A model generated the notes under the pieces. It did not search any database and was not told the origin of the DNA. It saw only the letters and a program-made list of their open reading frames with translations. 64,000 nucleotides of DNA, taken from an uncultured Bacteroidales bacterium (lineage in GTDB: Bacteria > Bacteroidota > Bacteroidia > Bacteroidales > FEN-979). Position 1 is the first letter of the stretch. The number at the start of each line of letters is the position of its first letter. Below, piece after piece: positions 24,817 through 35,393 of the stretch. The translations under genes and the position numbers were made by a program. The stretch covers positions 3,563-67,562 of the forward strand of contig CAIKNA010000122.1 of assembly GCA_903828645.1 (NCBI GenBank). Reading direction: 5' to 3'.

Positions 24817-27327
24817 TTATTTTTGTCCCAAAATTGAAAGGTATTCCTCCAGTGAAACAAGGTCTTTGTATCTGACGTCCCTGGCTTTACTGCCCTCAAA
24901 GGGCCCCACTATTCCTGCGGCTTCCAACTGGTCGATGATCCGGCCTGCACGGTTGTAACCAAGTTTGAGTTTTCGTTGAATGAGGGATGTCGACCCGTGC
25001 TGGTGCTGGACCACGAGGCGTGCAGCTTCCCCGAAAAACTCATCTTTTTCGTTGGCATTGAACTCCTTGGGAGAAGATCCGCTCTCTTCATCGAAATACT
25101 CCGGCAGCGCAAACGCTTCCGGGTAGCCGCGCTGTGATCCAATGAATTCAGTCAGCCTGTCAATCTCAGGAGTGTCGACAAAAGCGCATTGTATCCTGAT
25201 CAGGTCGCTGCCGGTTGAGAGCAGCATATCGCCGCGGCCGATCAGCTGATCGGCGCCGGAAGAATCCAGAATCGTTCGTGAATCGATCTTGGAGATTACC
25301 CGGAATGCAATGCGTGCCGGGAAATTGGCTTTGATGGTGCCGGTGATGATGTTCACCGACGGACGCTGGGTTGCGATGATGAGGTGGATGCCCGTTGCAC
25401 GCGCCAACTGTGCCAGGCGAGCGAGGGGAGTTTCAATTTCCCGTCCGGCCGTCATGATCAGGTCGGCAAACTCATCAATCACAATCACAATGTAGGGCAA
25501 AAACTGGTGCCCGTCGTTGGGGTTGAGTTTCCTGGAAAAGAATTTTTCATTGTATTCCTTGATGTTCCTCACCTGGGCGTCGCGCAGCAGATCGTAGCGG
25601 CTGTCCATTTCAATGTTCAGCGAATTGAGGGTGCGGATTACCTTCTTGGTATCGGTGATAATCGCCTCTTCCGCGTCGGGAAGCTTGGCCAGGAAGTGCC
25701 GCTCAATCTTGTTGTAGAGTGTCAGCTCAACTTTCTTGGGATCGATCAGTACAAATTTTACCTGCGAAGGGTGCTTTTTATAAAGAAGGGAGGTAATGAT
25801 CGTATTCAGTCCGACCGATTTGCCTTGTCCGGTTGCTCCGGCCATCAGCAAGTGGGGCATTTTGGCGAGGTCTGCAATAAACGTTTCGTTGGAGATGGTC
25901 TTTCCAAGCACAAAAGGCAGTTCAAAGGTTGAATTCTTAAATTTGTCCGTTCCCAGGAGCGATTTTATCGAAACGATCTCAGGGTTCTGGTTGGGTACTT
26001 CGATGCCGATCGTCCCTTTCCCCGGGATGGGGGCGATGATACGGATGCCCATTGCCGCGAGGCTTAGTGCAATGTCGTCCTCCAGGTTTTTGATCCTGGA
26101 AATTCGAACGCCGGCCTCCGGAACAATTTCATAGAGAGTGACCGCCGGACCAATCGTTGCCTTGATCTTGGCAATTTTAATGTCATAATTGGAAAGCGTG
26201 TTTACAATTTTATCCTTGTTTGCTTCGAGCTCCTCTTTATTGACATTCATTGATTCTCCTCCGTAGTCGCTGAGCAGATCCAGCGGAGGGAATTTGTATC
26301 CGGAAAGGTCAAGGGTAGGATCATACCTTGTTTCAAGCGTCTGGTGCTCTATAATCCCTTTAACCGGGGGCTCCTCAACTATGGTCTCGATCTGAAGTTC
26401 AAGATCTGCAGGTTTATCAGGTTTTGGGGCAAACCGCGAAGGCAGTTCCAGGTCAATTTCAGTTGATTCCTCCTCAATGGGTTCTTTAAGGTAATTCACG
26501 GGGATTAAAGATGGTTCAGTCATTTCAGACTCCGTGAGATCAGGCTTTTCAAGGGAAACTGGCGGGGGCATTGCAGCTTCTGCCGGAATTTCATCCTTGA
26601 TTTTACGCTTGAACCACCTGAACGGGATGTTGAATGAAAGGATCAGGAAACTGAACGAGGTAAACCCAAGAAACATTGCCAGACCGGATGTTCCAAGGAA
26701 TTCGGTCAGCCAGATATTCAGCTGATAACCGTAAACCCCCGTAAGCAGGTCATTACCCGGCAAAACCAGTCCCAGCAGGATCGGAACCCATATGATTCCG
26801 AAGAAACAATATTCCAGTGTTTTCCAGGCAGGGAAAATGACGATATGAAAAAAATGTTTCATACCGGCGTTGAACAGGATGATCACAAAAAAGAAGGAGG
26901 ATACGCCAAACCATTTTGAGATGAATAGGTAGCCGGTCAACGCACCGATTTTACCCATCCAGTTCTCAACGGGGATTTTATTGTTGAAAAACCCTTCAAC
27001 CGTAAAATGTTTAAAAACGGTATCGGTAAAACTGAAATCATTCTGCCAGGTCAGCATGTAAGAGGTGAACGAAAAGAGGAGGTAGAACGACAGCAGCATC
27101 GAAAAAAGTCCGAATACCCTGAACCGCCGCTCAAAGGTAGCCTGGTCCTGCTCGGTACGCACCCTTTTTTCTTTGGGTGGTTTAGACGGCCGGGGAGTTT
27201 TTTCTTTCTTTTCCCGGCTTTTTTTAATCCTGGCATCAGGAACAGGCAGCTCGTCGGTCAGGATTTCCTCATCCTTTGGCTCACCCTTGAATGTGTTTGA
27301 TCTGGGCGGATTGATTGGTCGGGCCAT
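24817..27327 (-). CDS. ftsK: DNA translocase FtsK
   Basis: 836 aa. N-terminal TM helices, a Pro/Glu-rich linker, Walker A GATGQGKS, VIVIDEFADL, ATQRPS, and a C-terminal gamma domain (STSLIQRKLKLGYNRAGRIIDQLE). Confidence 0.95.
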   Translation of the reverse strand: MARPINPPRSNTFKGEPKDEEILTDELPVPDARIKKSREKKEKTPRPSKPPKEKRVRTEQDQATFERRFRVFGLFSMLLSFYLLFSFTSYMLTWQNDFSFTDTVFKHFTVEGFFNNKIPVENWMGKIGALTGYLFISKWFGVSSFFFVIILFNAGMKHFFHIVIFPAWKTLEYCFFGIIWVPILLGLVLPGNDLLTGVYGYQLNIWLTEFLGTSGLAMFLGFTSFSFLILSFNIPFRWFKRKIKDEIPAEAAMPPPVSLEKPDLTESEMTEPSLIPVNYLKEPIEEESTEIDLELPSRFAPKPDKPADLELQIETIVEEPPVKGIIEHQTLETRYDPTLDLSGYKFPPLDLLSDYGGESMNVNKEELEANKDKIVNTLSNYDIKIAKIKATIGPAVTLYEIVPEAGVRISRIKNLEDDIALSLAAMGIRIIAPIPGKGTIGIEVPNQNPEIVSIKSLLGTDKFKNSTFELPFVLGKTISNETFIADLAKMPHLLMAGATGQGKSVGLNTIITSLLYKKHPSQVKFVLIDPKKVELTLYNKIERHFLAKLPDAEEAIITDTKKVIRTLNSLNIEMDSRYDLLRDAQVRNIKEYNEKFFSRKLNPNDGHQFLPYIVIVIDEFADLIMTAGREIETPLARLAQLARATGIHLIIATQRPSVNIITGTIKANFPARIAFRVISKIDSRTILDSSGADQLIGRGDMLLSTGSDLIRIQCAFVDTPEIDRLTEFIGSQRGYPEAFALPEYFDEESGSSPKEFNANEKDEFFGEAARLVVQHQHGSTSLIQRKLKLGYNRAGRIIDQLEAAGIVGPFEGSKARDVRYKDLVSLEEYLSILGQK

Positions 27328-27332
27328 TGGTT

Positions 27333-28016
27333 TTATTCGTTACCGCCGCCGAACTTGCTTTTCAGTTCATCCTGGGTAGTAAGTGTGTAGTCTGAAGGAA
27401 TTTCAAAATCTTTTGCCACTAAACTCTTTTTTTCAACGGAAGTTGCGGTGAACTTCATGGTGACTTCCTGGTTTTTCATTAAAAATTCAAGCAGGGCTCC
27501 ATCGATGTCCTTGTAAAGGGGGTTGTTGAAGTTTGCCAGTTTTGAACCCAATTCGCTCGTATAATAGGCTTCATAGGTGCTTTTAGCTCCATCATCATTT
27601 ACGGTGACCACTACTTTTTTGCAGGTGTAACCGGCAATTGATTTTGTTTCATCCGACATTTCAACAGTCGCTTTTCCTTCTGATGCCATCTTGGCTTCTA
27701 TTTCGGCCGTTGTTTGTTTAATGGCGTATTTCTGGCCCATCATATTCAGCAGAGATACGCTTGTTTTATCGGAGTAATCAGTGATTTCAACGGTGTTCAT
27801 GCCGCTCATCTGAAGGTCGGTCCTTGATTTGGTACCCTTTACAGATACTGTAAGCACCTTGGGAAACATCGCCAGCTGGCTTTCTGAAAATTTACTGTCG
27901 GGATAGGTGATTTTATAGGTGATGACGCCTTCAAAGGGTTTGCCTGACATTGCGGTGCCGGGAATGCAAAGCAGGGCAACCATAAACATGCTGCAGATCA
28001 AAAGAATTTTTCTCAT
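27333..28016 (-). CDS. secreted hypothetical protein (DUF4412-like)
   Basis: 227 aa with a signal peptide and beta-rich composition. I can name no catalytic motif. Confidence 0.5.
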   Translation of the reverse strand: MRKILLICSMFMVALLCIPGTAMSGKPFEGVITYKITYPDSKFSESQLAMFPKVLTVSVKGTKSRTDLQMSGMNTVEITDYSDKTSVSLLNMMGQKYAIKQTTAEIEAKMASEGKATVEMSDETKSIAGYTCKKVVVTVNDDGAKSTYEAYYTSELGSKLANFNNPLYKDIDGALLEFLMKNQEVTMKFTATSVEKKSLVAKDFEIPSDYTLTTQDELKSKFGGGNE

Positions 28017-28057
28017 GGTGTTTTAGTTTTAGTTTTGGGTTGATGTGACAAATTTAC

Positions 28058-29572
28058 TTATTTTACGATTCTAAGCAATTTGCTCCACCTGATTTTTCCA
28101 TCAAAGAATGACTTGTTGGGATCGAGGGAGAGCCAGACAAAAACAGCTTTTCCCACCACATGGTCGTCCGGAACAAAACCCCAGTAGCGTGAATCCATGG
28201 AATTATGGCGGTTATCTCCCATCATCCAGTAATAATTCATTTTAAAAGTATATTCTTTTGATTCTTTCCCGTTGATAAAAATCTTGCCGTCAGCGACCAG
28301 GAGCTTATTCTCTTCGAAAACCCCGATGATCCGCTTATAGAAACAGATATTCTGCATGTTGATCGGGATAGTGACCCCTTTTTTCGGTACCCAAACCGGT
28401 CCGAAATTGTCAACATTCCATGGGTAAATGGAATCGAACGGGAAGATATTCGGGTCGCGTGTTCCCCTGGGGATTACCATGGGTTCAATGGAAACGACAT
28501 TGCTGTATTGCCTGAGTTTTGCGATGGCATCCTCTGAAAGGGTAAGTTCATAGGTACCGCTGTTATCTGTTGAAATGGTCTCGGTAATGTCGAGTTTTTC
28601 GAAGTTCTTCTGGTTGATCGGGTTGCCGTTCGTTTTTACAAGGTACTTGAACTGGCGGCTTCCGGGGTTCTGTTCCGGTTTTCCATTGATATACACCACC
28701 CTGTCGACAATCCGGATGGTATCGCCGGCGATGCCGATGCAGCGCTTGATAAAATTTTCACGTTTATCGACCGGCCGGGCAATGATGTCGCCGAAATATT
28801 GTTTGTTATTCCAGACAGCATCCCTGCCATAACTTCGCACCAGTTGATAATAGTCGACATTGCTTTGGAGTTTGGCCGAAAGGGTATCGCCATCAGGATA
28901 GTTAAAGACGACAACATCCATGTTCTTTATACCGGCTAGTCCCGGGAAACGGTAATAGGGCAGTTTGATCCATTCCAGGTAGGATTTTGTGCTTTCCGTG
29001 AGCGGGAGGGTGTGATGTACAAACGGGAAAGCCAGTGGTGTATTGGGCACTTTCGGGCCGAAGCTGACCTTGCTAACGAAAAGGTAGTCCCCGACCAGCA
29101 ATGTTTTTTCCATGGAGGAGGTGGGGATGGTATAGGCTTCGATGAGGAAGATGCGGATGATGCTGGCCGCAATCACGGCAAAGATAATGGCATCAACCCA
29201 TTCACGGGTAGCTGATTTATGGATGGGAGGTTGTTTGGAAGGATCTGAATATTGCTCCTTAGGCGAGAATGCCAGGTAGGGGAGGTAGACGAACGGGAAA
29301 AGAACACCCAATGCCTGGTCCAGCAAACCGTACTTTTTAAAACATTTCAGCACCTCTACGATCATCAGCAGGATGACAAAAACATTGATAAAGGGAACGA
29401 GGAGGAAGATATACCACCACATTGGTTTTTTTATGATGGTCAGCCAGATATACCAGTTATAAAACGGGATCAGGATTTTCCAGCCTTTCTCGCCGGCTTT
29501 TTCAAATATTCCCCACATTCCGACGATGGAAAGGATGAAAAATATCACGGTTACAATCAAGTACAAATTCAT
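28058..29572 (-). CDS. lepB: signal peptidase I with N-terminal multi-TM extension
   Basis: 504 aa. Catalytic Ser box IPTSSMEKTLLVGD, IKRCIGIAGD, GDNRHNSMDSRYWGFVP. Confidence 0.9.
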   Translation of the reverse strand: MNLYLIVTVIFFILSIVGMWGIFEKAGEKGWKILIPFYNWYIWLTIIKKPMWWYIFLLVPFINVFVILLMIVEVLKCFKKYGLLDQALGVLFPFVYLPYLAFSPKEQYSDPSKQPPIHKSATREWVDAIIFAVIAASIIRIFLIEAYTIPTSSMEKTLLVGDYLFVSKVSFGPKVPNTPLAFPFVHHTLPLTESTKSYLEWIKLPYYRFPGLAGIKNMDVVVFNYPDGDTLSAKLQSNVDYYQLVRSYGRDAVWNNKQYFGDIIARPVDKRENFIKRCIGIAGDTIRIVDRVVYINGKPEQNPGSRQFKYLVKTNGNPINQKNFEKLDITETISTDNSGTYELTLSEDAIAKLRQYSNVVSIEPMVIPRGTRDPNIFPFDSIYPWNVDNFGPVWVPKKGVTIPINMQNICFYKRIIGVFEENKLLVADGKIFINGKESKEYTFKMNYYWMMGDNRHNSMDSRYWGFVPDDHVVGKAVFVWLSLDPNKSFFDGKIRWSKLLRIVK

Positions 29573-29620
29573 ATCCCAGTATTTAGATTTAACTCATATA
29601 ACGTTAAAACAGCGGTTTTC

Positions 29621-30358
29621 TTATTCAGGAGTCGTAAATATTTGTGATTCAAGAAGGTTTTTCATGTCAAAAAAACCTTTTTTCCCGACGACCCATTCGG
29701 CAGCCATCAGTGCGCCCATTGCAAAACCCCTCCTGTTTTTTGCGGTGTGGATAATTTCGATGCAATCTTCCTCCGATTCGTACCGTACGATGTGCGTACC
29801 GGGTACATTGTCTGTACGGTATGATTTAATACCCAGTTCTTCAGGGTTTTCAACTGTTTCCTGTACCCATTTCTCCTTGCGTTCCGTATGCCGGATGATA
29901 TCATTTGCAAGTATGATGGCGGTTCCGCTGGGGGCATCCTGTTTGTAGATATGGTGCGTTTCTTCAATAGATACAGCATAATCCTCCCATTTTGACATGA
30001 GGCTTGCAAGGTACCTGTTCAAATCAAAAAACAGGTTGACCCCGATGCTGAAATTGGGGGCGAAAAACAGACATTGATTCCTTTTTATACAATCCTGATG
30101 AACCTTGTCGAGGTCGTCTAGCCACCCTGTCGTTCCGACAACCATCGGGATATCTGCATCGAAGCAGTGATAAATATTTTCAATGATACTGACCGGCGTT
30201 GAAAAATCGATGGCAACATCAGCATCGGAAAGACGATTTTCGTCATTTTCCCAATCTTCAAGATTATTGAATACGAGGACAATTTCATGACCTCTTTTCA
30301 GTGCCAGTTTTTCAATTTCCTGGCCCATTTTTCCATACCCGAGCAGCGCGATTTTCAT
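29621..30358 (-). CDS. dapB: 4-hydroxy-tetrahydrodipicolinate reductase
   Basis: 245 aa. MKIALLGYGKMG Rossmann motif, ETHHIYKQDAPSGTA. Confidence 0.9.
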   Translation of the reverse strand: MKIALLGYGKMGQEIEKLALKRGHEIVLVFNNLEDWENDENRLSDADVAIDFSTPVSIIENIYHCFDADIPMVVGTTGWLDDLDKVHQDCIKRNQCLFFAPNFSIGVNLFFDLNRYLASLMSKWEDYAVSIEETHHIYKQDAPSGTAIILANDIIRHTERKEKWVQETVENPEELGIKSYRTDNVPGTHIVRYESEEDCIEIIHTAKNRRGFAMGALMAAEWVVGKKGFFDMKNLLESQIFTTPE

Positions 30359-30379
30359 AGTGTTATCCTTGATGATTAA

Positions 30380-30952
30380 TCAGAAATGCAGGCAGAGTCT
30401 TACCCCGCCAACAGGTTTATATCCCAGCCCCGACGGCAACACCGCAGGCTCGACTTTCATGGTGAGGTTATCGGTAATGTTGAAAGTGTACAAATGAGCA
30501 TCCACAGTGGCATCAAGAATGTTGACAATATACCATAGCGCCGTGATCAGGATGCTGACCTCAAGGTTCCGTCTGTAAAATTCACGGGTCGATAACAGTT
30601 CCGACGAAGTGTAACGCTGAACAAGATAGCCGTACGAGCCATTCTGGTTTCCTCCTATAGACTCAATGTAGGCACATTTGAAATTGAGGTACTGGTCGGC
30701 ATTTGTATAGATGAAGTACGTCATAAGCCCAAATCCGGCATAAATGACCGGGATTTTCCAGTATTTTTTATTGTACAATTGTCCCAGTCCAGGCAGACAA
30801 GCCGACATGATGGTCGCTTTTGTCGGCGAGTGCTCCTTTTCACGGGTGGAGTCGGGTAATTCAACGAAGGTTGAATCCGCTTGTGAACATACCATGAGGG
30901 GGTAAGACAAAAATAGGAGGAAAGTAAAGGTGAATAGAAGGAAAGCCCTCAT
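30380..30952 (-). CDS. DUF5683-like membrane protein
   Basis: 190 aa. SACLPGLGQLYNKKYWKIPVIY is the motif typical of this Bacteroidota family, which is commonly found next to parB. Confidence 0.6.
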   Translation of the reverse strand: MRAFLLFTFTFLLFLSYPLMVCSQADSTFVELPDSTREKEHSPTKATIMSACLPGLGQLYNKKYWKIPVIYAGFGLMTYFIYTNADQYLNFKCAYIESIGGNQNGSYGYLVQRYTSSELLSTREFYRRNLEVSILITALWYIVNILDATVDAHLYTFNITDNLTMKVEPAVLPSGLGYKPVGGVRLCLHF

Positions 30953-31843
30953 TTAAGCATCCAGTTTGGAGATGATCCTGTCGAAATCCTCCGGTGATTT
31001 AAATTCAATGATGATGGTGCCGGCTCCTTTCCTGTTCAATTTCAATTCGATTTTTGAAAGAAGTTTGTCGCGCAACGATAATTTTGCTTTTTCAAATTTG
31101 GCTGGCAAACCGTCACCTGTCGATGCAGGAGCTTTTTGCTTTCCAAGGTTCCTGACCATCTCTTCGACTTCGCGGACCGATGATTTTTTTTCAAGAATCT
31201 TTTTCAGGATCACCAGCTGAGATCGTTCGTCAGGGACATTGATGATGGCACGCGCGTGACCCATGGTGATCAGGTTGTCCCTGACTGCAACCTGGATTTC
31301 TGTCGGGAGCTTCAACAACCTGATGTAGTTTGAAATGGTTGACCTGTCCTTTCCCACTTTCTGACTTAAATCTTCCTGTTTGATCCGGCATTCCTCAAGC
31401 AACCGCTGAAAGCTGATCGCAATTTCAAGCGGGTTCAGGTCCTCCCGCTGGATGTTTTCGACAAGGGCCATTTCGAGCATCTGCTCGTCATTGGCAAGCC
31501 GGAGATATGCCGGGACTTGAGTCAACCCTGCAATTCTGGAGGCTTTAAGGCGGCGTTCCCCTGAAATCAGCTGGTATTTATTATGGCCAATCCGGCGAAT
31601 CGTCAATGGCTGGATGATGCCATGTTCCTGGATCGAACGCGCCAGTTCGCGAAGTTCATTTTCATCGAAGTGTGCCCGTGGCTGAAACGGGTTAGGTTCA
31701 ATCTGATCTACCCGGACCTGGGCGATATACTCGGCGGTGTACTCTCCCGAGATTTCCTTCTGCGGATTTTCAGCTTCTGCGTTATCCAGCAACGCGCTGA
31801 GGCCTCTTCCCAAGGCTTTCTTTTTACCCTGAATATCAGACAT
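30953..31843 (-). CDS. parB: chromosome partitioning protein ParB
   Basis: 296 aa. PNPFQPR, ISGERRLKAS, HTH region LSQKVGKDRSTISNYIRLL. Confidence 0.93.
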   Translation of the reverse strand: MSDIQGKKKALGRGLSALLDNAEAENPQKEISGEYTAEYIAQVRVDQIEPNPFQPRAHFDENELRELARSIQEHGIIQPLTIRRIGHNKYQLISGERRLKASRIAGLTQVPAYLRLANDEQMLEMALVENIQREDLNPLEIAISFQRLLEECRIKQEDLSQKVGKDRSTISNYIRLLKLPTEIQVAVRDNLITMGHARAIINVPDERSQLVILKKILEKKSSVREVEEMVRNLGKQKAPASTGDGLPAKFEKAKLSLRDKLLSKIELKLNRKGAGTIIIEFKSPEDFDRIISKLDA

Positions 31844-32639
31844 TGATCTCTTTTTCTTTGTTCGTCAGCCTCGTAAGGTCGTTATTTTGAAGAATTTCAC
31901 GGGCAAGGTTCAGATAGTTGATCGCACCCGAGCTGTTGATGTCATGGAGCATGATGGTGAGGCCGAAACTTGGTGCTTCCCCCAGTTTGGTGTTCCGGTT
32001 GATAATGGTTCTGAAAACCATCTGTTGAAAGTGAATTTTCACCTCTTCCACCACCTGTTTTGCCAGGCTCAGGCGGTTGTCGAACATCGTGAGCAGAATG
32101 CCCTCAATATCAAGGCCGGGATTCAGCCGGGTTTGAACAATTTTAATGGTGTTCAGAAGTTTGCCGAGACCTTCCAGCGCAAAATATTCACACTGAACGG
32201 GGATGATGACCGAATCGGCGGCAGTGAGTGAATTTACTGTAATCAAGCCAAGCGAAGGGGAGCAGTCGATGATGATGAAATCATATTCATCCCTGATGCC
32301 CGCAATAACCTTCCGCATCATCTTTTCACGGTTTGGAAGGTTGATCATCTCGATTTCAGCGCCAACCAGGTCAATATGTGCAGGAAGCAGGTCAAGAAAA
32401 GGGGTGGAGGTGTTCAGGATGATGTTCTTTGCCTCCACATCATCAATAATACACTCGTAAATGCTGGTTTTGATGTTTCTCGGATCAAAGCCCACTCCGG
32501 ATGTGGCATTGGCCTGAGGATCGGCATCAATGATCAGGGTTTTATGTTCCAGGATGGCAAGGCCCGCTGCCAGGTTGATGGCGGTGGTTGTTTTACCTAC
32601 CCCTCCTTTTTGATTTGCAATTGCGATTACTTTACCCAT
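31836..32639 (-). CDS. parA: chromosome partitioning ATPase ParA/Soj
   Basis: 267 aa with the deviant Walker A NQKGGVGKTT. It overlaps parB by 8 nt. Confidence 0.93.
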   Translation of the reverse strand: MGKVIAIANQKGGVGKTTTAINLAAGLAILEHKTLIIDADPQANATSGVGFDPRNIKTSIYECIIDDVEAKNIILNTSTPFLDLLPAHIDLVGAEIEMINLPNREKMMRKVIAGIRDEYDFIIIDCSPSLGLITVNSLTAADSVIIPVQCEYFALEGLGKLLNTIKIVQTRLNPGLDIEGILLTMFDNRLSLAKQVVEEVKIHFQQMVFRTIINRNTKLGEAPSFGLTIMLHDINSSGAINYLNLAREILQNNDLTRLTNKEKEINV

Positions 32640-32762
32640 TTGGTATTTTATACAAGTTCACAAAATTACGTCGAAATAGCAATACCCGGAAATATGTTGA
32701 AAAGTTTTAACAATAAACAGCTGCCCGGGGGGAACAACTGCAGAAAATAGCGGTAGGTAGCA

Positions 32763-33149
32763 CTAATTATTGTCGGAATCTGTTGACAGATCTTCAAATT
32801 CGATCGTCCTGGCGGTGATTTTAACCCCTTCCGAATCTTCTTCAGTAATGGTATCTGTTACGATTTCAGGTCTGTAAGGAGCCTTGCCGGTGCGGATGAA
32901 TTCAACGACATCGCTCAAACCGTTCGCGAATTTATCAAAGTCCTCTTTGTATAAAAACAACTTGTGCTTTTCGTAAAAAAATTTGCCCTGCTCATTGTTG
33001 AACCGTCTTTTACTTTCCGTGATCGTGATATAATATTCTTCGCCAACGGTAGCCTTCACATCAAAAAAATAGGTTCGCTTGCCAGCACGAACAGCACGTG
33101 AAAAAATCTCTTCCCGGTCCCGATCTTTATTTTCCATTTCTTCCATCAT
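32763..33149 (-). CDS. PUR-alpha-like (DUF3276) nucleic-acid-binding protein
   Basis: 128 aa. VRAGKRTYFFDVKATVGEEYYITITESKRR ... FFYEKHKLFLYKEDFDKF. Confidence 0.65.
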   Translation of the reverse strand: MMEEMENKDRDREEIFSRAVRAGKRTYFFDVKATVGEEYYITITESKRRFNNEQGKFFYEKHKLFLYKEDFDKFANGLSDVVEFIRTGKAPYRPEIVTDTITEEDSEGVKITARTIEFEDLSTDSDNN

Positions 33150-33300
33150 GCAGTCTGTTAAATTTAGTACCCAACCACGTTCAATTAAGCGGATGCAAAA
33201 ATAAAAATATTATCCGAATACTAAATTTTATTTCTTATTTCCGTAGCTTTGCAGCCGTTAACAAGCTAATTTTAATCATGTTCTTTTTCATAAATTTGTA

Positions 33301-34263
33301 ATGCTAGGCAGAAGACATTATCGGATCAAAGTACTTCAGGCATTGTATGCCTATTTTCAGGGCGGAGAAGCCAGGATCGAAGTCGCTGAAAAAAATCTTC
33401 TGAACAGCCTTGATAAGGTTTACGAGTTGTATTACCTTCAATTATCTTTCCTTCTGGAGGTCATCCATTTCTACAGGTTCAGGATGGAAGAGTCGAAAAC
33501 CAAATTTTATCCCACACCCGAAGAGATCAATCCCAGTTATAAGTTATCTGAAAACCGCTTGATATTGCAGCTGCAGCAAAATCTTCAGCTCATTGAGCAA
33601 CAGGCAAAGTATAAAATCTCATGGACGGAAGAACAGGAGATGGTCCGCAAGGTGTATCAGAAACTGAAGACCAGCAAAGACCTTGCTGACTACCTGGCCT
33701 CGGGGGTAAGTTCGTACCGCGAGGATCAGGATTTTCTTGAGAAGCTGTTCAGGAAATTCATTGCCAAATCGCCTGATTTGCAGTTTTATTTTGAAGAAAG
33801 GAACATCTTCTGGGATGATGATTTTGAAGTGGCCGCTGTGTTTATCCTTAAAACGATTAAACTTATGTCTGAATCATTCGGGGAGCGGGACTCGCTTCCG
33901 GGGCTTCTCACCAAAGGCCAGGAAGATGATCCCGAAGATGACAGGAAGTTTATCCTGGAACTTTTCCGCAAGACGGTCATGAACAGTGATGAATCAGACA
34001 AACTGATCGATGCCCGTACGCGCAACTGGGAACTTGAGCGGATTGCACTGACCGATATTCTGCTCATCAAAATGGCACTGACCGAATTGACCCAGTTTTC
34101 CCAGATTCCGGTAAAGGTAACCATGAATGAATACATTGAGATCTCGAAACAATTCAGTTCCCAAAAAAGCAAATTGTTCATCAATGGCATCCTTGATAAA
34201 CTGGTTACCGACCTTACCGAAGAAAAAATGATCAGGAAAACCGGCAGGGGATTGATGACATAA
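33301..34263 (+). CDS. nusB: transcription antitermination factor NusB (long Bacteroidota form)
   Basis: 320 aa. N-terminus RRHYRIKVLQALYAY. The C-terminal NusB core has RIALTDILLIKMALTEL and VTMNEYIEISKQFSS..SKLFINGILDKL. Confidence 0.8.
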   Translation: MLGRRHYRIKVLQALYAYFQGGEARIEVAEKNLLNSLDKVYELYYLQLSFLLEVIHFYRFRMEESKTKFYPTPEEINPSYKLSENRLILQLQQNLQLIEQQAKYKISWTEEQEMVRKVYQKLKTSKDLADYLASGVSSYREDQDFLEKLFRKFIAKSPDLQFYFEERNIFWDDDFEVAAVFILKTIKLMSESFGERDSLPGLLTKGQEDDPEDDRKFILELFRKTVMNSDESDKLIDARTRNWELERIALTDILLIKMALTELTQFSQIPVKVTMNEYIEISKQFSSQKSKLFINGILDKLVTDLTEEKMIRKTGRGLMT

Positions 34264-34326
34264 TTGAAACCGGGGTAAAATATATTATTTGGTTTTTCGT
34301 TAAGAATATAAACCAACAAAATAAAC

Positions 34327-35391
34327 GTGCGCCACATCCTACGAAAAACCACCTTGTTTTTTTGCATTTCCACTCTTTTTATCATCCACGCATCTGCGCA
34401 GATCGGGGGCAATGGTACGTTTAAATTTCTTGGTTACAGCAATTCTGCCCGTATTGCAGGTCTCGGGGGAAATTTCCTGGCCATCAACGACAATGATGTT
34501 ACATTGACCCAGGCAAATCCTTCGCTGATCAACCCGTCAATGAACAACAACCTGGCGCTCAGTTATGTGAACAATCCCGGCGGAATCAATTATGGATTTG
34601 TGGCATTTGCCCACAACTTCGACAAGGTGGGATGTTTTGTCGGGAGCCTGCAGTTTATTAATGACGGAACATTTACAGGAGCAGATGCATCCGGAAACCT
34701 GACAGGCGATTTTTATGCCTCTGAATATGCGTTGAACATCGGATGGGGACGGCATCTTTCTCCGTTGTTTTCAATAGGTGCGAATGGCAAACTGATATTT
34801 TCGCAACTTGAAACCTACCGTTCATTCGGCATCGCGGTCGACGTTGCAGGCTCCTATAATTCAAAGGACGAATCTTTTACTGCATCCCTCATCGGGCGTA
34901 ACATTGGTACGCAGCTGGTTCCCTACCTGCCCGGACAGTACGAACCCCTTCCGTTTGAGTTGCAGATCGGGCTCTCTGAAAAATTATCCCATATTCCACT
35001 GCGGTTTTCACAATTGCTGACCAATCTTCAAAAATGGGACCTGACCTATTTTGACCCCAGTGATCCGGCCAACATCGCCGACCCCATCACGGGGCAGGTA
35101 AAACAAAAATCAGGTGTGGCGAAGGTTGCCGATGGAATGATGCGTCATGTTGTGCTGGGAGCCGAACTCACAATTGCAAAAGTTCTTGCCATTCGTATTG
35201 GATATAACTACCAGCGCCGCCAGGAACTTAAATTGACCACAAAAGCGGGTTTGACAGGTTTCACAATGGGAGCAGGACTTCGGGTGAAAATGTTCAACCT
35301 GAGTTACACCCGGGCCTCCTATACTGCCGGGATACCCATGAATTATATCACTGTTGCGGTCAGTCTCCAGGAATTTGTTAAAAAACAATAA
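34327..35391 (+). CDS. outer-membrane beta-barrel protein, T9SS PorQ-like
   Basis: 354 aa. Signal peptide, then GGNGTFKFLGYSNSARIAGLGGNFLAINDNDVTLTQANPSLI, with alternating beta-strand pattern to the C-terminus. Confidence 0.5.
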   Translation: MRHILRKTTLFFCISTLFIIHASAQIGGNGTFKFLGYSNSARIAGLGGNFLAINDNDVTLTQANPSLINPSMNNNLALSYVNNPGGINYGFVAFAHNFDKVGCFVGSLQFINDGTFTGADASGNLTGDFYASEYALNIGWGRHLSPLFSIGANGKLIFSQLETYRSFGIAVDVAGSYNSKDESFTASLIGRNIGTQLVPYLPGQYEPLPFELQIGLSEKLSHIPLRFSQLLTNLQKWDLTYFDPSDPANIADPITGQVKQKSGVAKVADGMMRHVVLGAELTIAKVLAIRIGYNYQRRQELKLTTKAGLTGFTMGAGLRVKMFNLSYTRASYTAGIPMNYITVAVSLQEFVKKQ

Positions 35392-35393
35392 TC